DNA of 64,000 nt from an uncultured delta proteobacterium. Its GTDB lineage: Bacteria; Desulfobacterota; Desulfobaccia; Desulfobaccales; 0-14-0-80-60-11. Below, piece after piece: positions 1-10,976 of the stretch (within the stretch, counting starts at the first letter, position 1; each line of letters starts with the position of its first letter). The translations under genes and the position numbers were made by a program. Below the pieces are notes generated by a model that did not search any database, had not been told where the DNA came from, and saw nothing but the letters and a program-made list of their open reading frames with translations. Location: assembly GCA_963834795.1 (NCBI GenBank), contig CAWIDL010000032.1, forward strand, positions 34,979 to 98,978. The letters run 5' to 3'.

Positions 1-219
1 GGCAATTTTTACCTCACTGGGCGGCGCCCAGGCCGGAGCGGCGCTGGGCCAGAAATGGGGTCTTCCAGCCGATCAGCTGGAAGCTGTTTTTATTCACGCC
101 TTTCACATAGCTATGCTCACCTGCATGATCATTGCCAGTATCGGGGTGTTCACTTCACTCATGCGCGGCCCTCGGGGCAGCAGCTACCGCTGACCGCGGC
201 TAGGCGCGGGAGAAATTTT

Positions 220-1167
220 ATGGAAGCTGGCAAAAAGATCTTGATTGCGGTGGACGGATCTTCTTACTCACTCCAAGCAATCAAATATGTGGCCACCATG
301 TGCCCCGGGTCTCCGGTGGAAGTGGGTCTTCTCCATGTTCTACCCATGGCGTCCGAGGAACTGCTCTGGCAGATCAACGTGGATGAAAACTTCAAGTCGA
401 AGATCAAAGAGCAATACGAGCGCTTCAACGACGAATGCCAGCGTGCGGCTCATAAATTCTTAGACCAGTCCAAAGAGATCCTGGTTGACTCCGGCTGTTA
501 TGTTCCGGACCTCATCATAACCATGCTGCGGCAGTGGCAATCCGGGATTGCCAGGGATATCATAACCGAAGCGAAAAAGGGTTATGATGCCGTGGTCATT
601 GGCAGAAGGGGAATAGGGAGGATCGAAGGCCTGATGCTGGGAAGTGTCTCGGCCCAGGTCGTGCAGGGAGTTGATTGGATCCCAGTTTGGGTCATCGGCG
701 GGGAAGTCATTCCCGGGAAAATGTTGCTGGCCGTGGATGCTTCGCTAAATTGCCGCCAGGCGGTGATATACGCCGCCCCCTATGCGGCGCAAACCGAGGC
801 GGAAGTCACCCTCTTGCACGTGGTGCGCAAATTCTTCCCTGGAGGGAGCCCGTATTTGACGTCGGCCGGGGAAGAAATCGAGACGGCGCTCAATGAGAAT
901 TTGAAAGCAAAGATTCAGGGAATCTTTGATGATTACCGAAGGTGCCTGGAGAAAGCGGGCGTGGCGCCTGAGAGGATTAGCACGGAATGCACGATTGGCA
1001 GCTATAGCCGTGCGGCTGTTATCCTCGCGGCAGCCAGAGAGGGGAACTACGGCACCGTTATTATGGGCAGAAGGGGAATATCAGCAATACGCGAATTCAT
1101 TCTAGGCCGGGTAACCACCAGGGTGCTGAATGGGGCCGAAGGCCTGGCCGTCTGGATTGTCCCCTGA
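220..1167 (+). CDS. Universal stress protein, tandem UspA domains
   Basis: Two Usp repeats (KKILIAVDGS...VVIGRRGIGRIEGLMLGSVS; KMLLAVDAS...VIMGRRGISAIREFILGRVT). Start moved to ATG 220 (MEAGKKILIAVDG). Confidence 0.9.
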   Translation: MEAGKKILIAVDGSSYSLQAIKYVATMCPGSPVEVGLLHVLPMASEELLWQINVDENFKSKIKEQYERFNDECQRAAHKFLDQSKEILVDSGCYVPDLIITMLRQWQSGIARDIITEAKKGYDAVVIGRRGIGRIEGLMLGSVSAQVVQGVDWIPVWVIGGEVIPGKMLLAVDASLNCRQAVIYAAPYAAQTEAEVTLLHVVRKFFPGGSPYLTSAGEEIETALNENLKAKIQGIFDDYRRCLEKAGVAPERISTECTIGSYSRAAVILAAAREGNYGTVIMGRRGISAIREFILGRVTTRVLNGAEGLAVWIVP

Positions 1168-1211
1168 ACACCGCGGAGTGCGCTGGCCCATTGCCACCCG
1201 GGAGATAAGCA

Positions 1212-2477
1212 ATGACTTTTGACCAGAGGTTCGAGAAGGTGAGGGAATTGATCAAGGCGCTCGGCCAGCGGCGGGATCAGATGATCGCCCAGGCTGCCCT
1301 TGATCTCCAGTTTGCCGCAAAAGACACCGCCCACGAGTTGGATCTGACTCTGGATAGGTTGGGGACCTTTATTGAGGTCCGGGAATCTTTAGCCTCCAGG
1401 AGACCTTTGGGGGGGCCGGACTCATGGGTGGCGGTGACGTTGTCTTATAACGGCAGTGCCTGGCTAAACCTGGTCATCACCGCAGCTTATATGGCTGGAA
1501 ACCGGGTCCTGGTGAAGCTTTCCTCCAAGGGGTCCGGGCTGCTGAACCTGATGGAGGAAATTTATCAGCCTATCTTTGGAGACGGTATCAGGTTTTACCG
1601 GGGCAGGGGCCAGAGCTTCATGGAGGAGGCTCTAAAAAACCCCAAGGTCTCGGGGGTGGTGTTTTTCGGGTTTGACCAGCACGTGCTCCCCTATCAGGAA
1701 GCCTTCCGCCAAAGCGGCAAGAAGTTCATTTTTGAAGGCCCGGGAGCGGACCCGTTCATTGTTTTCCCCGACACCGACCTGCAAGTGGCCCTGGCCGATC
1801 TGATGGATGCCAAGTTTGCCTATTCCGGGCAGACCTGCACGGCGCCCAAGAGGATCTTTATCCATCAGGCCATCTACGAGCAATTCCTAAAAATGATCGC
1901 GCCTAAAGTTGAGGGCCTCTTGGTGGGCGATCCGAGGGATCGAAGCGTGGAGGTGACCCCGCTGGCCAGCGATCTGGCCGTGGCCGGCATCAAGGCGGCC
2001 CTGGCCGAGGCGGTGGCAAAGGGCGCCAAAATCCTGGTGGGAGGTAAAATCGCGGGGAACCTGGTGTATCCCACGCTGATCCGGGATGCCACTGATGACC
2101 TGCTGGGCATGAAAAAAGAGGTCTTCGGCCCGGTATTATTCACCAGCAGTTTCTCTGAGCGGGAAGTGGTAGTGGCGCGGGCTAAAAATCACCAATATGG
2201 CCTCCGGGCATCAGTATACGGCGGAGAAGAGGCCGCCCTGACCGCCGCGGATTTGAGAGGTGAGAAATACTGCCACCCGGTGCCTGATTATACTTTCGGC
2301 AAATTCGGCACGGTTTCCCTCAATGAACCTCGGGCGAAATCCTGGCGCGGGGCCCTGGTGACCAAGGCGGTGGGCGGCTACGGCTATTCCGGCTGGATCT
2401 GGGAGACCGTGGATGGGCGCTTCCAGATCAAGCAAGGCCCCAAACTTATCCACCTGGAGGCGTCCACCCCGGCGTAG
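1212..2477 (+). CDS. Aldehyde dehydrogenase family protein (short, divergent)
   Basis: EGPGADP (ELGGxxP equivalent), FAYSGQTCTAPKR with catalytic Cys, EVFGPV. RBS-like GGAG upstream. Confidence 0.85.
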   Translation: MTFDQRFEKVRELIKALGQRRDQMIAQAALDLQFAAKDTAHELDLTLDRLGTFIEVRESLASRRPLGGPDSWVAVTLSYNGSAWLNLVITAAYMAGNRVLVKLSSKGSGLLNLMEEIYQPIFGDGIRFYRGRGQSFMEEALKNPKVSGVVFFGFDQHVLPYQEAFRQSGKKFIFEGPGADPFIVFPDTDLQVALADLMDAKFAYSGQTCTAPKRIFIHQAIYEQFLKMIAPKVEGLLVGDPRDRSVEVTPLASDLAVAGIKAALAEAVAKGAKILVGGKIAGNLVYPTLIRDATDDLLGMKKEVFGPVLFTSSFSEREVVVARAKNHQYGLRASVYGGEEAALTAADLRGEKYCHPVPDYTFGKFGTVSLNEPRAKSWRGALVTKAVGGYGYSGWIWETVDGRFQIKQGPKLIHLEASTPA

Positions 2478-2627
2478 CCGGATTTACCTGAACTCCTGGG
2501 GCTGCCTTGACCTGGTGAGCTCATGGCGGCTGAGGCGCCAGCCGTTTCTGATCCGGGATCAGATAGGCTTTGGATAAGGCTCAGCGAGAGTTTTTTGTCG
2601 ATGACAACCCAATAACGAGGGATACGA

Positions 2628-3302
2628 ATGAAGATAATTGCCTTAGTGGGAAGTCCTCATAAAGCCACGGGAAACACTGCAAAGCTGACTCGGATCGTGC
2701 TGCAAGGGGCGGAGCAGGAAGGAGCCCATACGGAGACCATCTACCTGCCGGGAAGTACCGTGCTCCCCTGCCTGGGGTGTGATTATTGCCATAAAAAGGG
2801 GCGCTGCGCTCAGAAGGATGCCTTCCCGGAGATTCAGCAGAAGATCCATGGGGCGGATGGAGTGGTTCTCGGCAGCCCCAATTATATCTTCAGCGTCAGC
2901 GCCCAGATGAAAGCCTTTATGGACCGTTGCAGTTCTATGGTCCACTGCCTTGGCTTTTATGGAAAGTACGGGGCTTCAGTGGTAACCTCCGGCGGAGGGG
3001 ACGAGGAGCCCATTGCTGAGTATCTGAACCATTTCCTGATGATTACTGGCATTCAATCGGTGGGCTCCGTCTGGGCCACCATGGGTCTGATTTTTGGAGA
3101 CGGTTTCCCGGAGGACATTGTCAGCCGGGCGCTGGGTCTGGGAAAGCGGCTGGTTCAGGCCTGGCGGGATCAAGAGGCTTTTCCTGAAATCCAGGAAAAA
3201 ATGTCAGCTTTCAGAGACCGCATGCGCCGGCTGATGGATTACCGCAAGGAAGAGTGGCCTTATGAATATGATTACTGGCAAAAGAATTGGGGGCTCAAAT
3301 AA
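2628..3302 (+). CDS. Iron-sulfur flavoprotein / NADPH-dependent FMN reductase family
   Basis: MKIIALVGSPHKATGNT, CX2CX2CX5C (CLGCDYCHKKGRC), LGSPNYIFSVSAQMKAFMDR. Confidence 0.9.
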   Translation: MKIIALVGSPHKATGNTAKLTRIVLQGAEQEGAHTETIYLPGSTVLPCLGCDYCHKKGRCAQKDAFPEIQQKIHGADGVVLGSPNYIFSVSAQMKAFMDRCSSMVHCLGFYGKYGASVVTSGGGDEEPIAEYLNHFLMITGIQSVGSVWATMGLIFGDGFPEDIVSRALGLGKRLVQAWRDQEAFPEIQEKMSAFRDRMRRLMDYRKEEWPYEYDYWQKNWGLK

Positions 3303-3338
3303 TAGGGGGCGCATCCTCGCTCCCCTCAGGATTTGGGG

Positions 3339-4871
3339 CTAAGGTTTTTTCTCCGCCACCTCTTCTTTTATCACTGGTATTGGCGGCGCCTGTTCCCATC
3401 CCCCGCCCAGGGCCTTGTAGAGGGCGATGAGATCGGTGGAGATGTTGCTGTTGCTCTGCACCAGCGCGTTTTCGGCGGCGTAGAGCGAGGTCTGGGCGAC
3501 CAGTACGTTAAGGAATTCGAGCAGCCCCTCCGTGTAGAGCTTCAACGACAGGTCCAAGGCTTTACTGTTAGCGGCGACGGAGTCTTTGAGCGACTTGTAG
3601 TGTTCCTGCTCCTTGGCAAACGCAATCAGGGCATTTTCCACGTCCTGGAAGGCGGTTAACACGGTCTTGCGATAGGTGATGAAGGCCTGATCACGCAACG
3701 CTTCCTGCACTCGGATATTCGATACGATCGCACCTCCCTGGAAAATCGGCCAGGTCACCGCTGGGCCGAAGGAAGCGGTGCGATTGGCAACAGTCCACCA
3801 GCTATTCAGCAGGTTGCTCTGCCAGGTCACCGTGCCGGTCAGCGAAAACTTGGGGAATAAATCTGCGGTGGCGACCCCGATCTGCGCCGTGACGGCGTGC
3901 AGTTGCGCCTCGGCCTGGCGGATGTCGGGACGGCGGCGCAACAGGTCAGACGGCAGACCGGCGGGAATCTGCGCCGGCACGCCGGGGATGTCGCCCGTCG
4001 GCGTCAACTGCTTCAGCAGGTCGGCCGGAGGCCGGGCCAGCAGTATGCTCAACGCGTAGATCGACTGCCTCGCGGAGGTTTCGAACACTGGAATTTGCGC
4101 TGCGGTGGTTGCGACACTGGCCTCGGCGTTGGCGACGTCCAGGGCGCTGCTAAACCCTGCCCCCGCTTTCTGGCGTGTGATTAGCGCCGTGTTTTGCATG
4201 GCTTTCAGATTTTTTTGCGCGATTGCTATTTGCTGTTGATAACCGCGGAGTTGAACATAGTTGAGCGCCACCTCGGCGGCGATGGTGACCTGCACGTTGC
4301 TGATGCCTTCGATGGCGGCCTGGACACCGGCGTCGGCCGATTCAACATTTCGGCGCTGCCCGCCGAACAGGTCGATCTCCCATACCGCATCGAAGCCCGC
4401 CTGATAGAGATTTGGGGACTGGACTGCCGTACCCGCCGTACCCGCCGTACCCGCCGTACCCTTTGAGGGTGGTAGGGTGGTGCCGGAGGTGGATTCCCGC
4501 AGATATTCGCCGGAGGCGGTGATCGCCGGCCACAAAGCTCCAACGGCGATGCCGCGTGCGGCGCGAGCCTGCCGCAGATTAGCTACGGCAAATTGCAGGT
4601 CGAGGTTCGTTTTCAGGGCATCTTTGACCAGTTGAGTCAACGTAGGATCATCGAACCGTTTCCACCATTGTGTCAGTTCGGCCGGCTGCGCGGTGGCAAC
4701 GGAAGGTGGTCGCGGCGCCGGCGCTTCCGTCACGCCGGCCCAGGCGGAGGGCGCCTCAGGATGCGGCGCGTGATAATCGGGCCCGACCATGCAGCCGCTT
4801 ATCGGCAACACGATGAAAATGCAGACTGCAAACAGGATCGGTACGAAAAGCAGTGGCCGGTTCGTTTTCAT
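3339..4871 (-). CDS. NodT/OprM-family outer membrane efflux lipoprotein
   Basis: Lipobox ISGC followed by MVGPDY; WEIDLFG; GLPSDLLRRRPDIRQAE; LYKALGGGW. ATG 4871 (alternative GTG 4880). Confidence 0.92.
   Translation of the reverse strand: MKTNRPLLFVPILFAVCIFIVLPISGCMVGPDYHAPHPEAPSAWAGVTEAPAPRPPSVATAQPAELTQWWKRFDDPTLTQLVKDALKTNLDLQFAVANLRQARAARGIAVGALWPAITASGEYLRESTSGTTLPPSKGTAGTAGTAGTAVQSPNLYQAGFDAVWEIDLFGGQRRNVESADAGVQAAIEGISNVQVTIAAEVALNYVQLRGYQQQIAIAQKNLKAMQNTALITRQKAGAGFSSALDVANAEASVATTAAQIPVFETSARQSIYALSILLARPPADLLKQLTPTGDIPGVPAQIPAGLPSDLLRRRPDIRQAEAQLHAVTAQIGVATADLFPKFSLTGTVTWQSNLLNSWWTVANRTASFGPAVTWPIFQGGAIVSNIRVQEALRDQAFITYRKTVLTAFQDVENALIAFAKEQEHYKSLKDSVAANSKALDLSLKLYTEGLLEFLNVLVAQTSLYAAENALVQSNSNISTDLIALYKALGGGWEQAPPIPVIKEEVAEKKP
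4426..4461. repeat. In-frame 9-bp tandem repeat (GCCGTACCC)x4 encoding GTA x4 in the OMF
   Basis: Read directly: gccgtaccc four times at 4426-4461. Confidence 0.9.
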
Positions 4872-4880
4872 GAGTACCAC

Positions 4881-6254
4881 TTACTCATAGCGAAGCGCCT
4901 CGATGGGATCGAGCCGGGAGGCTTTATAGGCCGGGTAAAAGCCAAAGGCGATGCCGACGCTGGCCGAAACGAGCACGGCGGCGATGATCGCTCCCACCGA
5001 AACCGCCACCGGCCAGTGCAACACCAAAGATACCACGTACGAACTGCCGCGCCCTAGCAGGATGCCCATAGTCCCGCCCAGCAGGCACAGCAGGACGGCC
5101 TCGGTCAAAAACTGCCGCAAGATGTCACCCGGCTCCGCACCGACCGCCATACGCAACCCGATCTCACGGGTTCGTTCGGTTACCGAGACGAGCATAATAT
5201 TCATGATGCCTATGCCGCCCACCACCAGCGAGATCATGGCCACGCACAGGAGCAGTTTGGTCATCATCTCTGCCGTCGCACTCATCGTCTTGGTAATCTC
5301 GGTCATGTCACGAATGATGAAGTCATCCGGATCGGAATCGCGCAGGCGGTGCCGCTGCCGCAGCAAGCCGCTGAGTTGTTGGATTGCAGGGGGAACCTGA
5401 TCGGCGGAAGGCGCGGCGGTCAGGATCTGATCGACGTTGGGGAATCGAATCGGTTGTGCGGTGTCGGTCTGTTCCGTGGTCGATGGAACCGAATAAAGAT
5501 TTTGCTGCAGCTCCGGGTAGATCATGTTAAGCGTATTGACTTCGGCGCTATTGGCGATGCTCGTAGAGCTCTGGTTGCCGCCGGAAAGCGAGGCAGCGAC
5601 CACGCGATATTTGATCGTCGTCCACGGGGCCAAAAGAATATCGTCCTGGTCCAGGCCCATCAGATTGGCGCCTTTCTTGTGCAACACGCCGATGACCTTG
5701 AAATCTACGTTCCTGATGCGCACATGCTTGCCGAGGGGCGACTGGCCGCCAAAAAGCTCTCTTACGATAGTCTGGCCGACCACGCACACTTTGCTCGAGT
5801 TCAGGACTTCATGGTCGGTAAAGGCTTCCCCTTCAGCCATTTCGGTCCAATCGCGTATATCGAGAAACAACGGGGCGGTGCCATAGACGTAAGTCGGCAC
5901 CCAGTTGCGATTGCCGTACACCACCTGGGCGCGGGCGCGCACGATGGGCGCCGCCCAGACCACGGACGGGCATTCTTTCAGGATCGCCTCCACATCCTGC
6001 GGTGTCAACGTCATCATGGCCCCGGAGCCGGTGTTTACGCCTGCTATGGTCATGGCCCCCGGCAGGATCACTAGAGTGTTGGCGCCCATGCTGGCCATGG
6101 TGCGCTGGATGGCCACCTTGGCCCCATTGCCGATCTCCATCATGGTGATCACCGCCGCCACGCCGATGACAATGCCCAAGGTCGTCAGCGCCGCGCGCAT
6201 GATGTTGTGGCGCAGCGCCAGGGAGGCCATCTTCAACGTGCGGAACATTTTCAC
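4881..6254 (-). CDS. MacB/FtsX-family ABC transporter permease
   Basis: LTTLGIVIGVAAVITM; GGIGIMNIMLVSVTERTREIGLRMAVGA; PAYKASRLDPIEALRYE. Confidence 0.93.
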   Translation of the reverse strand: MKMFRTLKMASLALRHNIMRAALTTLGIVIGVAAVITMMEIGNGAKVAIQRTMASMGANTLVILPGAMTIAGVNTGSGAMMTLTPQDVEAILKECPSVVWAAPIVRARAQVVYGNRNWVPTYVYGTAPLFLDIRDWTEMAEGEAFTDHEVLNSSKVCVVGQTIVRELFGGQSPLGKHVRIRNVDFKVIGVLHKKGANLMGLDQDDILLAPWTTIKYRVVAASLSGGNQSSTSIANSAEVNTLNMIYPELQQNLYSVPSTTEQTDTAQPIRFPNVDQILTAAPSADQVPPAIQQLSGLLRQRHRLRDSDPDDFIIRDMTEITKTMSATAEMMTKLLLCVAMISLVVGGIGIMNIMLVSVTERTREIGLRMAVGAEPGDILRQFLTEAVLLCLLGGTMGILLGRGSSYVVSLVLHWPVAVSVGAIIAAVLVSASVGIAFGFYPAYKASRLDPIEALRYE

Positions 6255-6970
6255 GGGGCGCCTCCGGCACCCGCTACGGCAGCACCGCTCTCGATCAGGC
6301 CGTCCTTGATCAGGATGATACGCTGCGCATGTTGAGCGACGCCGGGATCATGGGTCACGATGATCATCGTGATGCGCTCCATTTGGTTCAGCTGCTGAAA
6401 TGTCTGGAGGATTTCCTCGCTGGTGCGCGAGTCGAGATTGCCGGTCGGCTCGTCGGCGAAAAGCACCTGCGGATGGTTAATCAGAGAACGGGCGATGGCC
6501 ACCCGCTGCTGTTCACCTCCCGAGAGTTGCGACGGCCGGTGATGAAGGCGACCCGATAACCCGACTTTTTCGAGCAATGCAGCGGCGCGCCGTTCCATCT
6601 CGCTTTCAGTGAGGTTATCCCTGCAGTACATGAGCGGCATCAGGACGTTTTCAAAAGCCGTCATCCGCGGTAGCAGGTTGAAACTCTGAAACACAAAACC
6701 GATCATGCGGTTACGCAACCTGGCGCGTTCTTTTGGCGTCAGCCTGGAGATTTCACGGCCGTCGAGCCAGTATTCACCCGAGGTCGGATGATCGAGGCAA
6801 CCCATAATGTTCATCAGGGTGCTCTTACCGGAACCGCTGGCCCCCATCAGCGCCACGAACTCAGACCGGGCGACCTGCTGGGAAATCCCTCTGAGCACCG
6901 GCAGATCCAGTTCACCCAGGTGGTAAGTCTTGCAGATGTCGTGGAGTTCGATGAATTCCATATCCGGCAT
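6251..6970 (-). CDS. MacB/LolD-type ABC transporter ATP-binding protein
   Basis: [38 protein letters not shown]. 4-bp overlap with the permease. Confidence 0.95.
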   Translation of the reverse strand: MPDMEFIELHDICKTYHLGELDLPVLRGISQQVARSEFVALMGASGSGKSTLMNIMGCLDHPTSGEYWLDGREISRLTPKERARLRNRMIGFVFQSFNLLPRMTAFENVLMPLMYCRDNLTESEMERRAAALLEKVGLSGRLHHRPSQLSGGEQQRVAIARSLINHPQVLFADEPTGNLDSRTSEEILQTFQQLNQMERITMIIVTHDPGVAQHAQRIILIKDGLIESGAAVAGAGGAP

Positions 6971-6984
6971 ACCCCTGGCCGGGT

Positions 6985-8379
6985 TCAGTGTCCGCCGCCG
7001 GGAGGGGGTTGACCTTGCCCGCCGCGAAAGCGCCCCATTTGAGGGATGAATGGACTGGCGCCGGTACTTTGACTGCCGGCAGTTTCCCGTTTGCCTTCAG
7101 CGGTGACCACTCGCAGACCCTCAGTCATTCCCTGGCCGCTGACTTCGGTCCAGACGCCGTCCGTCAATCCAACGTGCACAGCGATGGGCCGAACGGTATC
7201 ACCTTGGGCGACCCAGACAGTTCCGTGGGATGCAGACGCCCCGCTCCTGGTGATGCGCCCCTCTCCGTTCCTGGACGTAACGGCCGCAGTTTCGGGCGCC
7301 CCGCCCGATTCCAAGGCTATCCGGCTGGGCCGCGGAGCCCAGCGCAGTGACGCGTTCGGCACCATCAGCACGTTCTGACGGCGGCCAACTTCGAATTGCA
7401 GGTTAGTCGTCAGATAGGGCAGCAGTTTGCCATCGGAGTTGTCGCAGTTGACCTCGACCGTGTAGGTGACCACGTTCTGGGACATGGTGGCATTTAGCCG
7501 AATCTTGCCGACAATGCCATGAAAAACCTGATCGCCAAAGGCGTCCACCGTGAAATTTACCGGCTGGTCAGGGTGAATATTGCCGATGTCGGCTTCGTTG
7601 ACCGATGCCCATACCTGGATGCGCTTGAGGTCTTTGGCGATCAGGAACAGGCTTGGAGTGGTCGTAGTGGAAACGATAGTCTGGCCGATATTGACGCGGC
7701 GGTCAACGATGACGCCGGCGACCGGCGACTTGACGGTACAGTATGCGAGGGTTTCTTCATCTTTTTTCAGTGTGGCTGCCGCCTGCGACACAGCCGCGGC
7801 CGCCTGCGATACAGCCGCCTCGGCTACCGCCACGTTCGCCTTGGCAACCTCGTAATTTGCCTTGTATTGATCATAGGTGGTCGGCGCCAATGCCTGGGAC
7901 GGTCCGAGCTTCTGGGCGCGATGCCAGTCCACCTCAGCCTCCCACAGCTTGGCCTTCATCTGAAGTACGTTGGCTTTGGCGTTGGTCAGGTTGGCGCGGG
8001 CCTGTTGCAACTGGGCCTTATCAATCTCGACCGCGGCCACATAGAGCGTGTCGTCTATGCGCGCCAGCACAGTCCCCTGGCTCACGACCGACCCATAATC
8101 GACGGGATTATCGTGCGCGTCCCGGCCGAAGGCAAGAATAATACCGACAACCTGCGCGCCGACGTCGACGACCTGCTCCGGCTCAACAGTCCCCGTGGCG
8201 CTGATCGTCGCCACCAGGTCGCCCCGCTTCACCTGGACCGTGCTGAACCCGGTGGACCTGCGGTCGCCGCGGAGCAGGTATCCCAGCAATAATAGAACGG
8301 CGATCAGCCCCCCCAGGACGATAAGCTGGAGGCGCTTATCGAGCCGCTTCAATTTTTCAATCCGATACCTTATGGCCAC
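6985..8379 (-). CDS. MacA-type periplasmic adaptor (membrane fusion protein)
   Basis: N-terminal TM, ISATGTVEP...VDVGAQVVG, SPVAGVIVDRRVNIGQT, ASVNEADIG, NVVTYTV. Confidence 0.92.
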   Translation of the reverse strand: MAIRYRIEKLKRLDKRLQLIVLGGLIAVLLLLGYLLRGDRRSTGFSTVQVKRGDLVATISATGTVEPEQVVDVGAQVVGIILAFGRDAHDNPVDYGSVVSQGTVLARIDDTLYVAAVEIDKAQLQQARANLTNAKANVLQMKAKLWEAEVDWHRAQKLGPSQALAPTTYDQYKANYEVAKANVAVAEAAVSQAAAAVSQAAATLKKDEETLAYCTVKSPVAGVIVDRRVNIGQTIVSTTTTPSLFLIAKDLKRIQVWASVNEADIGNIHPDQPVNFTVDAFGDQVFHGIVGKIRLNATMSQNVVTYTVEVNCDNSDGKLLPYLTTNLQFEVGRRQNVLMVPNASLRWAPRPSRIALESGGAPETAAVTSRNGEGRITRSGASASHGTVWVAQGDTVRPIAVHVGLTDGVWTEVSGQGMTEGLRVVTAEGKRETAGSQSTGASPFIPQMGRFRGGQGQPPPGGGH

Positions 8380-8842
8380 GTTGGCGCAATCTCTGAATGG
8401 CCCTTCCCGACCCCAATAAAATCAGTCCCAGAAAAGGGGACGTGGGAGAGAGACAAGCCAGGTAGTTTAGGCCCGTTATGAAGGACAACCAAAATCCTGT
8501 CAATCTGGCTAGCAATGTTACCATTACCTTATTAACCAATTTTCGGGTAGATATCGGCGGCGGTCTCCCCGAATAATTGGCGGAAGCCCTGGAACAGATT
8601 CAAGCTGGCGATTGGCGGGACCGAGGAGGGCGTGGGAATTAAAAATTCTTTTAGGCAAATAAAGTCGGATATTCCGCAGGAAGCGAAAAGAAATTCCCTC
8701 TCACCCTCGGCCTCCCGGCGGGGATCGGGTTACGGGAACGACCCCGGCGGCGATGGCGGCCTGAGCGTTTTTTTCAGTGGCTTTTGGCGAATTTTAGGTT
8801 AACATTAAAAATTGAATTAGAAATGCAAAGCGGAACGGAGTT

Positions 8843-9070
8843 ATGAAAACAGCCATTCATCCCAAACTTCTAAAAACCACGGTGCGCTGCGCCTGTGGCA
8901 GTGAGTTCGTCACCGGTTCCACCAAGGACAAGATCCGGGTGGAGATCTGCTCCAAGTGCCATCCCTTCTTCACCGGCAAGCAGAAACTGGTGGACACCGC
9001 CGGCCGGGTGGAACGCTTCCGGCGCAAATACGCTCACCTGGAAAAAGCAGTTGCCGAAAAGGCCGAATGA
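8843..9070 (+). CDS. rpmE: 50S ribosomal protein L31 (Zn-binding type)
   Basis: [12 protein letters not shown]...[25 protein letters not shown]. Confidence 0.97.
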   Translation: MKTAIHPKLLKTTVRCACGSEFVTGSTKDKIRVEICSKCHPFFTGKQKLVDTAGRVERFRRKYAHLEKAVAEKAE

Positions 9071-10059
9071 AGCCGGCGGAAACCCAACTGGCGGTAGGAG
9101 GCCAGGCGGTGCTGGAGGGCGTGATGATGCGCTCCCCCCATGCCCTGGCCATCGCGGTGCGGCGTCCCGACGGCTCCATTTGCCTCAAGGATGAGCCTTA
9201 CCATTCTCTGGCGGAGCGCCTCCCGGTTCTGAAGCGCCCCTTGCTGCGGGGCCCCCTGATCCTCCTGGAGGCCATGGCGACCGGGGTCCGGGCCCTCAGC
9301 TTTTCAGCCCAGGCCGCTCTCCAGGAGGAGGAAGACGACGAGCCGCCCCTGGGCTGGGTCAGTATCTCCCTTACCCTGGGGGGCGCCTTCCTGCTGGCCT
9401 TCCTCCTCTTCGGCTTTCTGCCCCACTGGCTCAGCGGTTTTGGCGGCCGTCTGCTGGGGCATTCCCTCACCCCGGCGGACCTCTCCTTCCACCTCATCGA
9501 TGGCCTCCTCAAGGCGTCCTTTATCCTGTTATATCTCTGGGGCATCTCCTTTTTCCCTGATATCCGCCGGGTCTTCCAATATCACGGCGCCGAACACAAG
9601 TCTATCTGCACCTTTGAGTCGGGCCAGCCCCTGGAAGTGGAGTACGCCCGGCGCCACCCCACCGCTCATGCCCGCTGCGGCACCTCCTTCATCCTGGTGG
9701 TGCTTCTGGTGAGCATCTTGATCTTCGCGGTCTTCTTCCCGCTGTTTCCCGGTTTGACCCACAGCGGCCTGGCCAACAATCTTCTCCAGGTGCTCGTCAA
9801 GGTAGGCCTGATGCTCCCTATTGCCGCCATTTCCTATGAAATCATCCGCTGGGGGGGGGAACATCGGGACCATTTCCTGGCCCGCTTCCTCCTCTGGCCG
9901 GGGCTGGCCACCCAGCGCCTCACCGCCCTGGAACCGGACGATTCCCAGTTGCAAGTGGCCCTGGAAGCCTTGAAGGCGGTGGTGGTCCGGGAACAGCAGC
10001 CCCAGGCCGGGGAGACCTTGGACCTGGCGTCGCATCCATGGGCCCAATGTCAGCATTGA
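9067..10059 (+). CDS. DUF1385 family membrane protein
   Basis: [46 protein letters not shown] overlap with rpmE. Confidence 0.9.
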   Translation: MKPAETQLAVGGQAVLEGVMMRSPHALAIAVRRPDGSICLKDEPYHSLAERLPVLKRPLLRGPLILLEAMATGVRALSFSAQAALQEEEDDEPPLGWVSISLTLGGAFLLAFLLFGFLPHWLSGFGGRLLGHSLTPADLSFHLIDGLLKASFILLYLWGISFFPDIRRVFQYHGAEHKSICTFESGQPLEVEYARRHPTAHARCGTSFILVVLLVSILIFAVFFPLFPGLTHSGLANNLLQVLVKVGLMLPIAAISYEIIRWGGEHRDHFLARFLLWPGLATQRLTALEPDDSQLQVALEALKAVVVREQQPQAGETLDLASHPWAQCQH

Positions 10060-10976
10060 TCCCTGACCCGGACAATATACCTGCATCCGCAAACGCCAAC
10101 CGAAACCTGAAAACCGAAAACCGAAAACTTTACATTGGTCCGGCCGGCTGGGATTATCCCGACTGGCAGGGGGTGGTTTATCCCGCCGCGGTAAAGGGCG
10201 CAGGCCGCCTGGCCTTCCTGGCAACGCTCTTCAACGTGGTGGAGATCAATGTCACCTTTTACCGGCCCATCGCCCCTAAGGATGCGGCCCGCTGGCTGGC
10301 GGCGGTGGCGGCTAATCCGGAGTTTCGCTTCACCGCCAAGCTCTGGCAGGTTTTTACCCACGAACGCCGCGGGGCCGCCCCGGAATGGGCCCAATTTAAT
10401 GAGGGGCTTTCGCCGCTTAAGGCCGCCGGGCGCCTGGGGGCGCTCCTGGCCCAGTTTCCCTATTCCTTCCATAACACCGGGGAAAACCGGGAATACCTGC
10501 TGAGACTCAAATCCCACTTAGGGGAATACCCCCTGGCGCTGGAGGTGCGGCATCGGTCCTGGCAACAACGGTCGGTGCGGGAGTTCTTGCAGGACGCGGG
10601 GCTCGATTTTTGCAATATTGACCAGCCCCAGGTCTCCTATCCCATGGGGGCCACCCGCTGGGTCACCGGCTCCCGGGGCTACCTGCGGTGCCATGGCCGC
10701 AGGCGGGAGGCCTGGTTCCAATTCGGGGAGGACCGCCAGGCCCGTTATGACTACCTGTACAGCCCGGAAGAACTGGCGGAGGTGGCAGACCGGGCCCGGG
10801 AGCTAATGGCCAAGGCCCCCGAAGTCTACGTCATCTTCAACAACCACCCTGCCGGCCAGGCGGTGGCCAACGCCCTGGAGCTGCTCCACCTCCTTAAACC
10901 GGCTCACCCCCCTACCCTGCCCCCCGGCCTGGCGGCGGCCTTCCCCCGGCTCGCCAGGAGCCGCCCGCCTGCGTAG
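10047..10976 (+). CDS. DUF72 (YecE-like) TIM-barrel protein
   Basis: IGPAGWDYPDWQGVVYP, VEINVTFYR, LAQFPYSF, LEVRHRSW, YLRCHGR, RYDYLYSPEEL, IFNNH. Start uncertain (ATG 10038 or 10047). Confidence 0.88.
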   Translation: MSALIPDPDNIPASANANRNLKTENRKLYIGPAGWDYPDWQGVVYPAAVKGAGRLAFLATLFNVVEINVTFYRPIAPKDAARWLAAVAANPEFRFTAKLWQVFTHERRGAAPEWAQFNEGLSPLKAAGRLGALLAQFPYSFHNTGENREYLLRLKSHLGEYPLALEVRHRSWQQRSVREFLQDAGLDFCNIDQPQVSYPMGATRWVTGSRGYLRCHGRRREAWFQFGEDRQARYDYLYSPEELAEVADRARELMAKAPEVYVIFNNHPAGQAVANALELLHLLKPAHPPTLPPGLAAAFPRLARSRPPA

